Shown here: one piece after another, positions 26,585 to 38,691 of the stretch
Numbering within the stretch: position 1 is the stretch's first letter
Layout of the letters: the number at the start of each line of letters is the position of its first letter
Assembly: GCF_037042905.1 (NCBI RefSeq)
Contig: NC_087252.1
Location: forward strand, 27,220,001 to 27,284,000
DNA length: 64,000 nucleotides
Direction: 5' to 3'
Origin: Lytechinus pictus
Lineage: Eukaryota
Made by a program: the position numbers and the translations under genes
The notes under the pieces: generated by a model
Database searches by the model: none
Seen by the model: only the letters and a program-made list of their open reading frames with translations
Told to the model about the DNA's origin: nothing

Positions 26585-28111
26585 CAGTGGCGTACCGTGG
26601 GTCACGGCATTGGGGGGGGGGGGGCACCAGCACAAATTTTGAGTCACTCGGTGAGCGCGCAAAGTGCGCTCAATTGCCAGGTATAGGCATTGACCTTATA
26701 GAGACATTTTTAAGGACTGTGCCATTAAACGGATATGTAATGTATCTCACTGATCAAATGATGCGAGCGCGAAGCTCGAGCTAAATATTTTTGATATTCA
26801 GACCTAAAAAGGGACATAATAAGCAATTAAAAAAAAAAAAAATACGTATCTGTCTCGCTAAACAAATAATGCGAGCGCGAAGCGCGAGCTGAAATTTTTG
26901 TATTTATTTACCCCAAACAGAGACAGTTTAAGGAATATTTTTAGGAATCAAATAAGAGAATACATATCTCACCATACTCATCTAATTTGAGTGCCAATCG
27001 CTTGCTGATTTTGTTAAAAAACATGAAACACTTTTTGTAGTCATTGTAATCATGATTAAAATACGCATCTCACTAATCAAATATTGCAAGCGCAAAGCGC
27101 GAGCTGAAAATTTAGGAAATTGAGACCTGAAGAGAAGCATTTTAAGGCTTGTTTGTAGGAATTTACGAAGACCATACATATTTCACTAACAAAATGATGC
27201 GAGCGCGAAGCGCGAGCTGAAAATTTTGTATATATTGACCCCAAACAGGGACATTTTAATGACTATTTCTTTTTTTGGAATCCATTAAGTGTATACATAT
27301 CTCACCATAGTCATCAAATGCGAGTACCGAGCGATTGCTGATTTTGTTAGAATCACATCCAAACACATGAAGAGCTTATATTGAAGCCATAGTAATCATG
27401 ATTATCATACGCATCTCACTAGCGCAAAGTGCGAGCTAAAAATATAGGAAATTCAGATCTGAAGAGGGGCATTTTAAGGCTCGTTTGTAGGAATCTACTA
27501 AGACCATACGTATTTCACTAACCAAATGATGCGAGCGCGAAGAGAGAGCTGAAAATTGTTGATATTGAGATTAGAAAAAGAGACATTTTAAGGACTGATT
27601 TTAGGAATTCATGAAGAGCAGACATATCTCATCAATCCACTTATTCGAACGTAAGCACGAACAGGAAATGTTTTATATGCAGACCTTAAAATGGGGCAAT
27701 CACTTTAAGTAGTCATGAAAAAGAAGCATATGTCACTACATAAAACAATAATAACTCGAAGTGCGATGAAATATATTTGATGCATATTGACTTGAAAACA
27801 GGACGTTTTAGTACAACATGTTTATATATCTCGTTAAACAGACAATGCGAGTGCCAGGAATAATGAACAAATAGGCCCTGAGCTAATTATGTTTTATAAA
27901 GTTATGAAAAAATATTTCTTATGTAATATAACATAACATAATTTAATATAACATTATAATGTACAATAATTTCTTCTATCCCACTACGTTTCTTTCTTCT
28001 CCCTCTTTTTCTCCTTTTTCTCCCGTTTTTTTTTTTTTTTTTTTTTGCCAGCCGATTGGGGGGGGGGGGGGGCACGTGCCCCCCCCATGCCCCCCCGTAG
28101 TTACGCCACTG
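26585..28111. mobile_element. Non-autonomous hAT element with an internal ~109-bp satellite, inside peptide-gene intron
   Basis: cagtggcgta ... tacgccactg termini, perfect 8-bp TSD gtgttgta (26577-26584 and 28112-28119), repeated gcgagcgcgaagcgcgagctg units. Confidence 0.9.
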
Positions 28112-28510
28112 GTGTTGTAGAAGTTAATATAGGATTAAAAATAAACACTGCTATGAAAGTACCGCCCGTATTATGAGAAAATGATCATTCTGGCACAAAC
28201 ATGAAATGAAAATTGTTTAGGAAACGTTGCACTTTCGAGGCGACAAGCCCTTTCCGGCCAATGTCGTAGATGGTGTCGTCGCTTTGTCGTATTGCATCTA
28301 CAACTATGCCATCTACGACGAATGTCTGATGAAGTTTGACGCTTCACACGTGAAATCTCAGCACAGGTGATACTTCACGATTGGAGATAAAAGGGGACGT
28401 TTTCTCATGTTATCACTCCAAACAAATGACCATCCTCAGGTCAACCCTTATGCTAAACTCACAAATGAAAGCGACTCGAACCGACAAATTGATGTAAACT
28501 TTGATGGATC

Positions 28511-28670
28511 TGGCCCCCTGTTGCATAAAAGTTACCCTTATGGTAATTTCGCCATGCAATGGTAACTTGCATTATCCTTGATTTTGATTGGCTGGTGATC
28601 AGCGTTACCATGTTAGCTACCATTGGATGGCAAAGTCATCATAATAGTAACTTTTATGCAACGGGCCCTG
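28511..28670. mobile_element. Short palindromic MITE (similar small elements near 14960-15105 and 33678-33812)
   Basis: ggccccctgttgcataaaagttac ... gtaacttttatgcaacgggcc inverted ends. Confidence 0.6.
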
Positions 28671-28812
28671 ATCAGCAATCGGTTTTATTGGTGTGAATGT
28701 GACCGTAATATATATCTACTACTATATTAGCGATCAAAATCACTTATTCTGAACAAAATTCAGCTAGATAAAACCTGCATTAGCACAAACGTTTCATAAT
28801 CTACATTCTTAC

Positions 28813-28996
28813 AGTTCCATGACGATCTTTTGCTCACGCTTCCAGTGTCCATTTCTGCTATTGCTTCTGCGTAGGCTTCATCCAAGAGGTCATCCAAGGC
28901 AGCGATCTCCCAGAGTTCCAGAGGAGCTGTCATGGCAACCGATGTCATCAGTGCTACAGCCAGCACACCGCATAATACCATCTGCTTATAATCCAT
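28813..28996 (-). CDS. Secreted prepropeptide gene, coding exon 1 (signal peptide, acidic pro-region, KR site)
   Basis: Encodes MDYKQMVLCGVLAVALMTSVAMTAPLELWEIAALDDLLDEAYAEAIAEMDTGSVSKRSSWN: hydrophobic signal peptide, acidic spacer and dibasic KR. Upstream acceptor ttattttccAG puts the exon start at 29022. Strong donor t|GTAAGA after 28813, phase 1. Confidence 0.85.
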
Positions 28997-29616
28997 CTTA
29001 GTCTGATATACTCAATATAAATCTGGAAAATAAATTTGATATGAATAAATACATAAATATCAGTAGGAAGTGTACGAAATTGCCAAAACCGAGAAACTGA
29101 CTTGATACTTGATGTTTGACTCTAATATGGCAATGGCATGACCTAAGATTCTGTCATATCCTTCATCAAAAAGACCAACAGTTCTTTAACAGCTACAGCA
29201 ACATCAAATGTTTGAGATAATTTATTTTTTTAAATTATATTTTCTCACGGATCCTATTTCATAAAATAATCTCGTGATAACCTAAATTCATACTTTCGCT
29301 GAAAGGTGTAAAAAAAACCGTAGAACTGACCATCTTATTGTGACTTTTTGCATATCAGTTCCTCCTTCAAACCATTCCACTGTCAATGACCTATCTTTGA
29401 TGGTTCGAATGCAACATTATTAAGTTAGTTATCATTCATGGTAAATATAACTTCATTGTAACCATGCCAACCATCAGGCTAGAGACCCACGTTGCAATAT
29501 ACACGATATTCAAATCTTGATCGACGATTCCAGGGCAAAGACATGTAGTTCGATATTGTTAGTGATATTAAACACGGTATTGCCACAGCTTTAAAAAAAA
29601 AACTAATTTATTTCAC

Positions 29617-29683
29617 CTTCTGAAAATGTTCGAAAGGGATTAACACTAATGCCATGATGGATGACTGAACACCTAATTTTATA
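29617..29683 (-). promoter_or_regulatory. Candidate TATA box and short non-coding first exon of the peptide gene
   Basis: Minus-strand TATAAAA at 29683-29677, initiator-like cATTAGT about 33-36 nt downstream, then donor AAG|GTGAAA after 29617. The acceptor before 29022 implies an upstream exon exists. Confidence 0.35.
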
Positions 29684-31650
29684 TGGATTTATTCTTTGAA
29701 TCTAGCCCGAGTATTAGATGTAATTATCATTTTGATTGGATGGCATAAAAAACCTGCCCTTTCAAATCCACCTACTTTATTATTGGATGAAAAAAAAATC
29801 TAATCTCAAGAAACCAATGTAATCCGTGAAATATATGGTGTAGTAAATTTTCTTTGCGTGAACAAAGCAGTTCACAATTCGTTCCATCAATGTTCGCCAG
29901 AGCCATTATGACATTCCAAAAAGTGATCAGAATAAAAAAAAAGTTTGTTAACTCTTTGCGCGCTGATGTTGCAATTTTGCACATTCGTACAATTAAATTT
30001 AACAATTGTAATAATTAGTTTCCTCCTCTACATACATATAAGAGAGGCTTATGAATTGAAACAGTTATTGGATAACATCTGTATAATAATAAGTATCAAT
30101 GGTGCAATATGAAAATATTGAATTAAAGAAAATAACATGGAAACAATTGCCATTATCATCCCCCCTAAATTAATTCAACGTGGAAAGAGTTAATAAATCC
30201 TATCGGTCAGTGCATATTGAACTGAATGGGTCTCGTTAGAGAAAGAGTTGCATTTGATTTGAACGCAACTGAAAAAAATCAAACGCAAGTCATTAATTCG
30301 CGCGTCTGATTGGCTAAAATCAAATTACATTTAATTCCAACTCTTCATACAACTGACCCTTGGTCCGTGAAAGCTGTATTCTGAAGGAAAACTGAATTTC
30401 AGTTTCAATTGAATTTGAATTGTTCATGACTATGTTTAACATTTTGTCTAGGGGATTCGTAAGTTGACCCTTTTCCAGAGTACTAGCAAATTTCGAACGC
30501 ATGTTTGTCGGTGTATTCATTTTAGTAGAACAGTATAGTGAATTCAATTCGGTTACTGATTGGGAGAAAACGAGAGAGTGAGAGAAAGAACGAAATATAT
30601 AAAGAGAAGGAGAGAGAGAGAGAGAGAGAGAGCGAAAGAAATAAAAACAGTCAGAGGGGGGGGGGGGGAGACAGACAGGGAGGGGTAGAGGGATGACTTT
30701 TTTCTGACACCAAAAAATACCAGTTAGATGATATGATACTCAATATAGCGTTCAAATTAAAATAAATTCTTATCTGGATGGCATTATTGAGGATTAAAAA
30801 GTTTTTTATACCGAATTGAATATTACGCAAAGATGGCGTAGTTTCACACCTTTTGACATAAGTGAAACTAGATACCAAAACAGCCGTGTCAATCATTTAA
30901 TGTACTCGCTATTGAAACCATAAAAAAATTTGGTGTTAACTGGTGTACATAGGGGACCACACCCATCATTATACTCCGGTGTTTAAGGTTTGGTGTTATA
31001 TTTCAACACCGACGAGTTTTATTACAATGCATTTGGTATTAACTATTACACAGTTTGGTCGTATGTTCAAGCTCTAGGGTGTGATTATCACTGGACACGG
31101 ACTTGTGTCAGTTCATACGCCAGTTTTTACTAAGTATACACACTCAGAATTGTTAAACCCCAAATAAAACCCTTGTACAAACATTTAGTGGTGTAATCTT
31201 GCACCCTAAGTAAAACATTATGCAAAAGTGCACCTTTTTATCATTATCTGCACCAAGAAATGCTCGTTTGGACCCCTACCCAAAAGGTGAAAATTTTAAC
31301 CTTTTAATGTGTATAATACTTGACATAAAAAATGTACAAATTTGAACCCTTAATACACGGTTCATTTCTGCACCTTATAGGGTGCTTAATATAGCTAAAT
31401 TGCACCCTTCAAGGTGCACAGATGAGCACAACTGCACTTATTAGCACACATTGCTATCGTACCAACCAAATTTTAACCCTTATATGGTAGTGCATACTCA
31501 TTGATGTTCATCATTTTTGTTCCTACAAATTGTCTTTTCTTCTTCTTTTTTCATTTTGTTATTATTATTATTATTATTATCATCGTAACTAGTAGTAGTA
31601 GTATTAATATTATAATTATTGTCATCATCATTACTATTTGGCTATTACTA

Positions 31651-31871
31651 CACTCTAAAAACATTGAATAAACTTTTACCCCATATTGGGTGAAAAGTGA
31701 ACATGCTTGTTTGCTTGTTTTTTTTTACCCCTTACTGGACTAAACGCACGTTTTAAGGGTAAAATTCAACGCAACATTGCGTAAAATTTACAAAATATCT
31801 GGTATCTTTCTATCCAACCAATATGCATGTTCCCATTTTAACCAATATCTGGTAAACTTTTTTTTTTAGTG
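31651..31871. mobile_element. CACT-ended MITE
   Basis: ta|cactctaaaaa ... tttttagtg|ta; related to 23573-23823 and ~49910-50045. Confidence 0.65.
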
Positions 31872-32108
31872 TATTACGAATATTTTCTTGTATTACCATA
31901 TTCTAGTAAGAAATTTTCTAAACGTCATGATAATCAATAATATTAAAGTATGACTAGGGGCAAGATTTTCCAATCGACATTAATGTTTACAAAATGTGGC
32001 CTTCTTGGTGACGTGTTGGTGATCATTACTTGAATTATTCGTCTAATGGTCTGATAGAGGTTACAAGAAAAGTAGATGGGTTAAAAGGAAGATGAAGTGA
32101 ATATTTGT

Positions 32109-32400
32109 AGAGGCGTTATAGCTCTTTTGATAAGTCTCCAGACTTTTAACCACAAGGTCCGAGGTTCAAATCCCACCACATTACTCGCGCGCTTTGGCAG
32201 GGCGTTTATCTATATTTGCCACTCTCCACCCAGGTGTAGTAAATGGGTACCCGGTAGGAAGGAATTCCTTGAATGCTCGAGCGTCCGATCAGGGTAGCCG
32301 TGTTAAAGCCGGTGTAATAGTATGCAGCGCTCAGAAACATTTGTAATAAGCAAATGTGCATGTTATTGTTATTACTATTATTATGTTAATAGTAATAATA
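32109..32400 (+). mobile_element. tRNA-derived SINE (same core)
   Basis: B box ggttcaaatcc, core ccactctccacccaggtgtagtaaatgggtacccggtagga, (tta) tail. Confidence 0.75.
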
Positions 32401-32875
32401 ATAATTGACATTATTTGTATAGCGCTTATCTCATGTCTCTAAGCGCATAGGAAAAAAAATAAAAGGAGAAGGGATTTTTGTGATTTTTAAATTAACAATA
32501 ACGGGATTCTCCCCCCTTTTAAGCCAGTCCCGTAGCCGGGGGAGGGGGGGGGGGGGTAGTGGGTCCCCCAAACCTCTCAAAAGGAAACAAATAGGGATGG
32601 GGGACAAAGGGCAAAATTATAAGAAGTATGAATGACAACATATCCCCCCCCCAAAAAAAAAAAAAATATAATAATAATAATAATAATAAATAAATAAATA
32701 ATAATAAAGAATGGGAATAGGAATCTAATCGGAACGTTTTTTTCCTCGAATTTAATATATATGGATAACACTTTGCGAGAGAAAAAATGTTACATTGTGA
32801 TTCCCAATTCCGCTCACTGCTGCCATTCCCTGCCACACTCTTTTCGCTGACTACATAGCGATACTATTTCTCTCA

Positions 32876-33036
32876 CAGGGGCCGCGGAAGCGGAGGGGGG
32901 GGGGGGGGGCTGGGGTGCTTCAGCCCCCCACTTTTTTCCAAAACCGTGTACAAAAACGTAAAAATGACCATATGATCGTGATTGTTTGCATGGTCAGCCC
33001 CCCCCCCCCCACTTTGAAAACTGTTCCGCGCCCCTG
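32876..33036. mobile_element. Second copy of the CAGGG-ended 5-bp-TSD MITE
   Basis: tctca|caggggccgcggaagc ... ttccgcgcccctg|tctca. Confidence 0.8.
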
Positions 33037-34046
33037 TCTCAAGCAAGCATAGAAGTGTTCATTTGAGCATGGTATTCGAGCCATTAGCAAAAAAAAGCTA
33101 TCCCATGTTCCCAACTAATTTGGAAGTCATCTTCAGTGACACCAAATAAGTTACTGACATGTGTTTGTATCCCTTTGGCTAACACCAAATAGGTCGGATA
33201 AGTTTCCATAAATGTCGTTCCAGAGCGCAGTACCCTGGAGAGTTTGTCTCTAATATTTGTCGTTTGAAAAGTTCTCAGATCTTGCATCTTTCATTGTTTT
33301 CGGATTGGCAAGCACAGGCGTTGGACTGTGAGAATGGTAATAGAATACACTCTGTCGGCTGAAACATCCGACAAGACTTTCATGAAAAGCTCTTCATCCG
33401 TCAAAACGATTTGACATTGACTGACAACAGTGCTTCCTCTGCCTCCCCACTCATTCTCTTCAACCCCCTTGTCTTCTATTTTGTCCTATCTATTGCTTTG
33501 ATAGTAAATTACGACTTTGTATCTGTATCATCCTATTAATTCATTTCCGCACTTTCCGTTATTGAAATGAAACGGAATACCGTGCACCTGCTCCACCAGA
33601 CAAGTATAGTGTTTAGACTGTGATTCAATTATTAGGATGATATCAAATATCTATTTTGATTGTATTGTTTTTACTCCCAGGATCCCGTAACACAAAAGAT
33701 AGCGATTAATCGTACGCTTGATTTTTACGATTAATTGTTCATTTCAGTCAATGCAATCAATCGCATACAAATTATTCTACGATCATGTCTTTGCTTTGTG
33801 TTACGGGCCCCAGAAATTTGAACCATCTCGTGCTTTCCAAATGATAATTCCAGATAATGGTTAACCATGTTAACGGTTGTTTCTTAATGTCCTCAACGTT
33901 GAAGCAGTAGGAGTAATAAGAGGAGGAGTAGTAGTAGTAGTAGTAGAAGTAGTAGTACAAGTAGTTGCACAAGTGGGACTTTAAGGTATACTGTTAGTAA
34001 CAAGAATTATCAGTTATTGTTAATCGGATGAATATTACTTCTTTAA

Positions 34047-34425
34047 TTCACAAATAATAACAGTAGCAGTTTTATATTAAAGTAAATTATATATATTTTT
34101 TTAATCAACACATTAAAGAACTAAAGAGCAATTATGACTTTGGCAACTTGAAATCAAAATTAATCTATGATTATTCACAAATAATAACAGTAGCAGTTTT
34201 ATATTAAAGTAAATTATATATATTTTTTTAATCAACACATTAAAGAACTAAAGAGCAATTATGACTTTGGCAACTTGAAATCAAAATTAATCTATGATTA
34301 TTCACAAATAATAACAGTAGCAGTTTTATATTAAAGTAAATTATATATATTTTTTTAATCAACACATTAAAGAATTAAAGAGCAATTATGACTTTGGCAA
34401 CTTGAAATCAAAATTAATCTATGAT
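34047..34425. repeat. Three near-identical tandem copies of a 127-bp AT-rich unit
   Basis: Units start at 34047, 34174 and 34301; only one internal substitution seen (gaacta/gaatta). Confidence 0.95.
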
Positions 34426-34504
34426 GAAAAAAGAAAACCGAGAAAGAATATTCGATGCAATCAATCCCTCCGAGACCGTTAATACTTCAAAGAGTGCAAG
34501 CAAT

Positions 34505-35299
34505 GGTTTAATTTCAATTGGTCTAATGCCAATTCGTCCAATTACGAACCCATCTACTATCATCAGTTCGTCCACTATCCACAGGGTGTAATTGCCATTT
34601 CGTATAATAACCAGTTGGTCCAATAGCCATCTAGTCCATATAACATTTGGTCTAATTGGAGAACGTGTTAATTGGGCGAAATGAATGAAAATGGTTTATG
34701 AGACGAAATGATCATATACTAATTGGTGATTAGACGAAATGATTAGTGTACCAAAAGGCTTTTAGACGAAACGTCGAAAGACAGAATGGCATTAGACTTA
34801 GACCCCGTTCTCATTACACTTTTATGGGAAACCTGTTCAGGAAACCAGTTTGGAAGATCGCTTTTGCTAGCATTCCCATTATTTTGATCGCCCGGAAAGT
34901 AAAGCGATCTTGTTGCTACGGGAACGGTCTCAGTAGCGTGACACGTTTCGCGCGAAATTTGGAACCGCAGCGTAGGCATTTTACACATACAGTGTGTGGA
35001 ATGGAGCGCTCAAAATGTGCGAACATCGCCTCCCGAAGAACAGTTCTGTCTTCACGCTAAAACCAGGCTAACGATGGAAAGCGATCTTGAAAACTACAAC
35101 ACATCGCGAGGTGGTTTTATGAACCAGTTCGGAAGATCGCTTCCAAGATCGCTTCTACCGTTCTCATTAAACGTTAAACTAGTTTCCACTTAACTAGTTT
35201 CCAATAAACAAGTTTTAGGAAGGTAGTGAGAACGGTCTCGATGAAGGTAGACTATGTGATGAGTGGACGAGTTGGCAATAGACGAATCGGCAATTTACC
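34505..35299. mobile_element. Inverted copy of the same family with a nested insert (~34800-35239)
   Basis: TSD caagcaat on both sides. Insert ends agaccccgttctcattac / gtagtgagaacggtct. Confidence 0.75.
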
Positions 35300-35649
35300 C
35301 AAGCAATTGCGGTAACCGATAATCTGTCTGGGGAAAGACGTGATGATAATCATCGTCTACAGGACTGAGAAGGTTTATGACCTGGAGAGCTAAGCACATC
35401 ATCGACCATGGTTTCATCGTTACTCATCACCTCCAAGTGTTTTTTTTTATTCCGCGGACTTTTAACCACAAATCGTGTGATTATCATTGTCCATTAGCCA
35501 TGATATCGTTAGATTAGACGGCGCCTCAGTTTTGTTCTGCTAAACTTTCTTGGTTTTACTTGAAAAAAACGAGTGTTTCATATCGTTGTTCTTGGTTCTT
35601 GGTGAACCAGTACATATGAGATTCGAAGTTGAGAGTTGAGGAATAATCC

Positions 35650-36580
35650 AGGGGGGGGGGCACTTACATCGACGAGTGGATACCATGCGCGATCAAAAAA
35701 CACGTAAAAAGGATGTCTTTTTCAAGATTTTGAATAAGGGTGTCAAAAACACTAAAATAATGAAAAAAGGGTATCTATTTCGCTAGGAAAGCTACGTGTT
35801 TAGGGTCAAATTTGCGAGGGTATAAAAAATCTAGACTAAAATGTTTTATAAAGGATGTACTTTTTGCCCCAAGAGTCAACACTACGTGTTTAGAGTACGA
35901 TTTGCGCGAGTGGGGCTATACTAAACCCAATGATTTATGTAAAGGTAAAACCAACGACCGACGTCCATGACATAACAATTGAAATATCGCTGTACTTGTT
36001 TAGGGGTTCAATTCAGGGAATACTTGCCAATAGTATCGTTTTGTTTCCAATACGTGTTAAGGGTATAGGGTTTCACACGCCGATACTTGTTAAAGTGATT
36101 GGTTAACATTGGTTTGACTTTTAAAAAATCTGAGCTAGAAGGTCACACTTGTCACCTGTGTCTGTGATATGTTACAAAAATGAAGCCCAGAAAAAATTGT
36201 GTTCGAAAATAATTATTTAGTGCTTCAAAAATTGGAATATAAAGTGACCGGAAACACCATCTTAATTTCATCCCATACACTTATGTGTACTATTTAGGCG
36301 TCTATAAGACGCCTATTTACAAAATCGGGGTTTGCCTTGTAGTTTTAGCTTTTCATTCTCAATAATGGTTGTTTTCAAGGTTTATTAGTTCTAATACATG
36401 CACTTGTACACATGTTTCATCTTGGTTTGAGAATTTTTTAAATCGGCTGCTCACAAAGTTAAACAATACCTTTAATGGGTGCATTTCCAGAATATGGAAA
36501 GTACGTGTTTAGGGTGCTTTTTGAGATCTCATGGTCGCGCATGGTATCCACTCGTCAATAGAAGTGCCCCCCCCCCCTTC
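35650..36580. mobile_element. G-tract-ended MITE containing a nested TTAA element (36090-36475)
   Basis: TIRs ggggcacttacatcgacgagtggataccatgcgcga / tcgcgcatggtatccactcgtcaatagaagtgcccc. The insert reads ttaa|agtgattggttaac ... gttaaacaatacct|ttaa. Confidence 0.75.
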
Positions 36581-37070
36581 GGGGGAATAATTCATGGTAA
36601 TAAATGCGCAATAATAATTATAACGACAATACTATGTTAACAATGTTGGCGAAATCAACAATATAAATACAATGGTAATATGGTTATAATAATGATGGTA
36701 GTGAATATAATAATGATAGTAATAATAATAATAATAGTAATGTAAACAATGATAATGACAATATCATGACAATATCCCATACTGGAAACAATGCGGGCCA
36801 CAGTGTGTTCCCAGTATTGAACACAAAGTGAAATCAATTTCACACTGTTAAATTAGAGCATTTCAAAATTGTGAATCACATATTCACATGGTCGACCGTG
36901 TGAACACGCTGTAAACAGTCACACTGTCGTGGTTCCTACAGTGTGAAAACATCATCACACTGTTGGATTTTAGCATTTTAACAGTGTGAATAATATTTTC
37001 ACATAGTCCACTACGTGAACACACTGTTCTTTCCAGAGGAGGGAATGCACAGGTAAAATGTCTCTACGAT

Positions 37071-37490
37071 GGTAAAGTGCCAATTCGTCTACTGCCAACT
37101 CGTCCACTCTCCACATGGTCTACCTTTATTTAGTATCATGCCACTCCGTCCATCAACATTTCGTCTAACAACCATTTGGACCAATAATCATTTCTTCCAA
37201 TCACCAATTCGTCTAATCACCAGTTCGTCTATGACCATTTCGTCTCATAACCAGTTGGTCTAATATCCGTTTTAGTTTCATTCATTTTGCCCAATTAACA
37301 CTTAGTCTAATTAGACCAAATGGTATATGGACTAAATGGATATTGGACCAACTGGTTATTAGACGAAATGGTGAGTGGACGAAATGACAATTAGACCATA
37401 TGGAAATTGGACGAACTGATGTTAGACTAAATAATTATTAGACGAGTTGGCAATTGGACGAATTGGCATTAGACCAAATGAAAATAAACC
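37071..37490. mobile_element. GG..CC-ended palindromic repeat-array MITE with 8-bp TSD
   Basis: tctacgat|ggtaaagtgccaattcgtc ... aaatgaaaataaacc|tctacgat; ttcgtc/gacgaa subrepeats. Inverted copy at 34505-35299. Confidence 0.8.
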
Positions 37491-38691
37491 TCTACGATTC
37501 ATATCATTTTGTTATCGTTGTTGTAACGAATGGTTTTATCCACTGGAAATGTGCCCTTCTATCTGTCCTTTATCATTCATAATGAATTTGAAATTCATTA
37601 AACCATCACTATCCACACGCTTCAACTATACTTAATCAGAGATAAGAATTCTTTACACCCCACATCACAAAACATTGCCATACACAGCACCCAATTCAAT
37701 CTCCCGGACTACTCGGCAGAAAATGCAAATATTGTCGGCATTTTCTGCATCAACAAAAAGTCACACAATATAATTCGACACAGAGAATAATTTGGAATAT
37801 TAGACCCAAAAACACACGGCATCAATGTTGATGAATAGAGCAGCCATGCATTACTGCACCAAACTAGCGATTTTCAGCATGCAAGTTTGCTAATATTGTA
37901 CTGAATTTACCGTTTTACTGATATAATCGCTGTTATTGACGAATTTACAGGTGATGAACGACTCTTATTATGTTATATATTAAATGAAAACACATGACAT
38001 ATACTGATTTGGTATATTTTTCTATAAGTTTAAATATATTGTTGTTATAATAGATTTTACTGAACTTGATAAAGGAGGTAAAATAAGTTATTCTCAATCT
38101 GAGCGGAGGAGTAAGAGGAGGGTATGTTATTCAGATCGAACATTAGAACATGCCACGTACCCCGATATCATTCTGTTGTTAGGGGGAGGGGACTGCGAAA
38201 GTGTTTTGTCAGCAAGAAAATAGGAAAATTGCGCCAGAACATTTCGCAGGTCCCTCGAATCTCCTCATTCTTTCCATGGTCTTCGTTTGTTGTTATAATG
38301 TGCTATATAAAATATGGATACAATAAACAATCTATCATAACTATGCTGATGGTGATTTCAAGGTTTATCATAAGCTCAATATACGGCTCTATGATATTCA
38401 TGAAATGGCAATATAGAAAATACATGTATCCGATATTATCTACATAATCTTAAAGTTCATTACATACTTATTGAAGATACATGGCATTTACTGAGTTTAT
38501 ATATTTCCTTTGATTTTATAAAAGATTGTTGCTATAATGTGCTATATACATATATGGATACAATAACAATCTATCATAACTATGTTGCTGATGATTCAAA
38601 GGTTCGTCATACGTTCATATGATGCTTATGAACTGGCAATATAGAACATACATAGACTTACATAATTTTAATGTTGATAACAATGTAGACT

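Noticed and set aside
26760..27860. Regularly spaced palindromic repeat resembling a CRISPR array
   Set aside because: The spacers are homologous to each other and too long, the array lies inside a TSD-flanked hAT element, the context is eukaryotic, and there are no cas genes.
28325..28360. Hammerhead ribozyme core (ctgatga...gaaa); also ctgacga at 14793
   Set aside because: Stem II does not close next to GAAA and stems I and III cannot be built. An Infernal search would be needed to overturn this.
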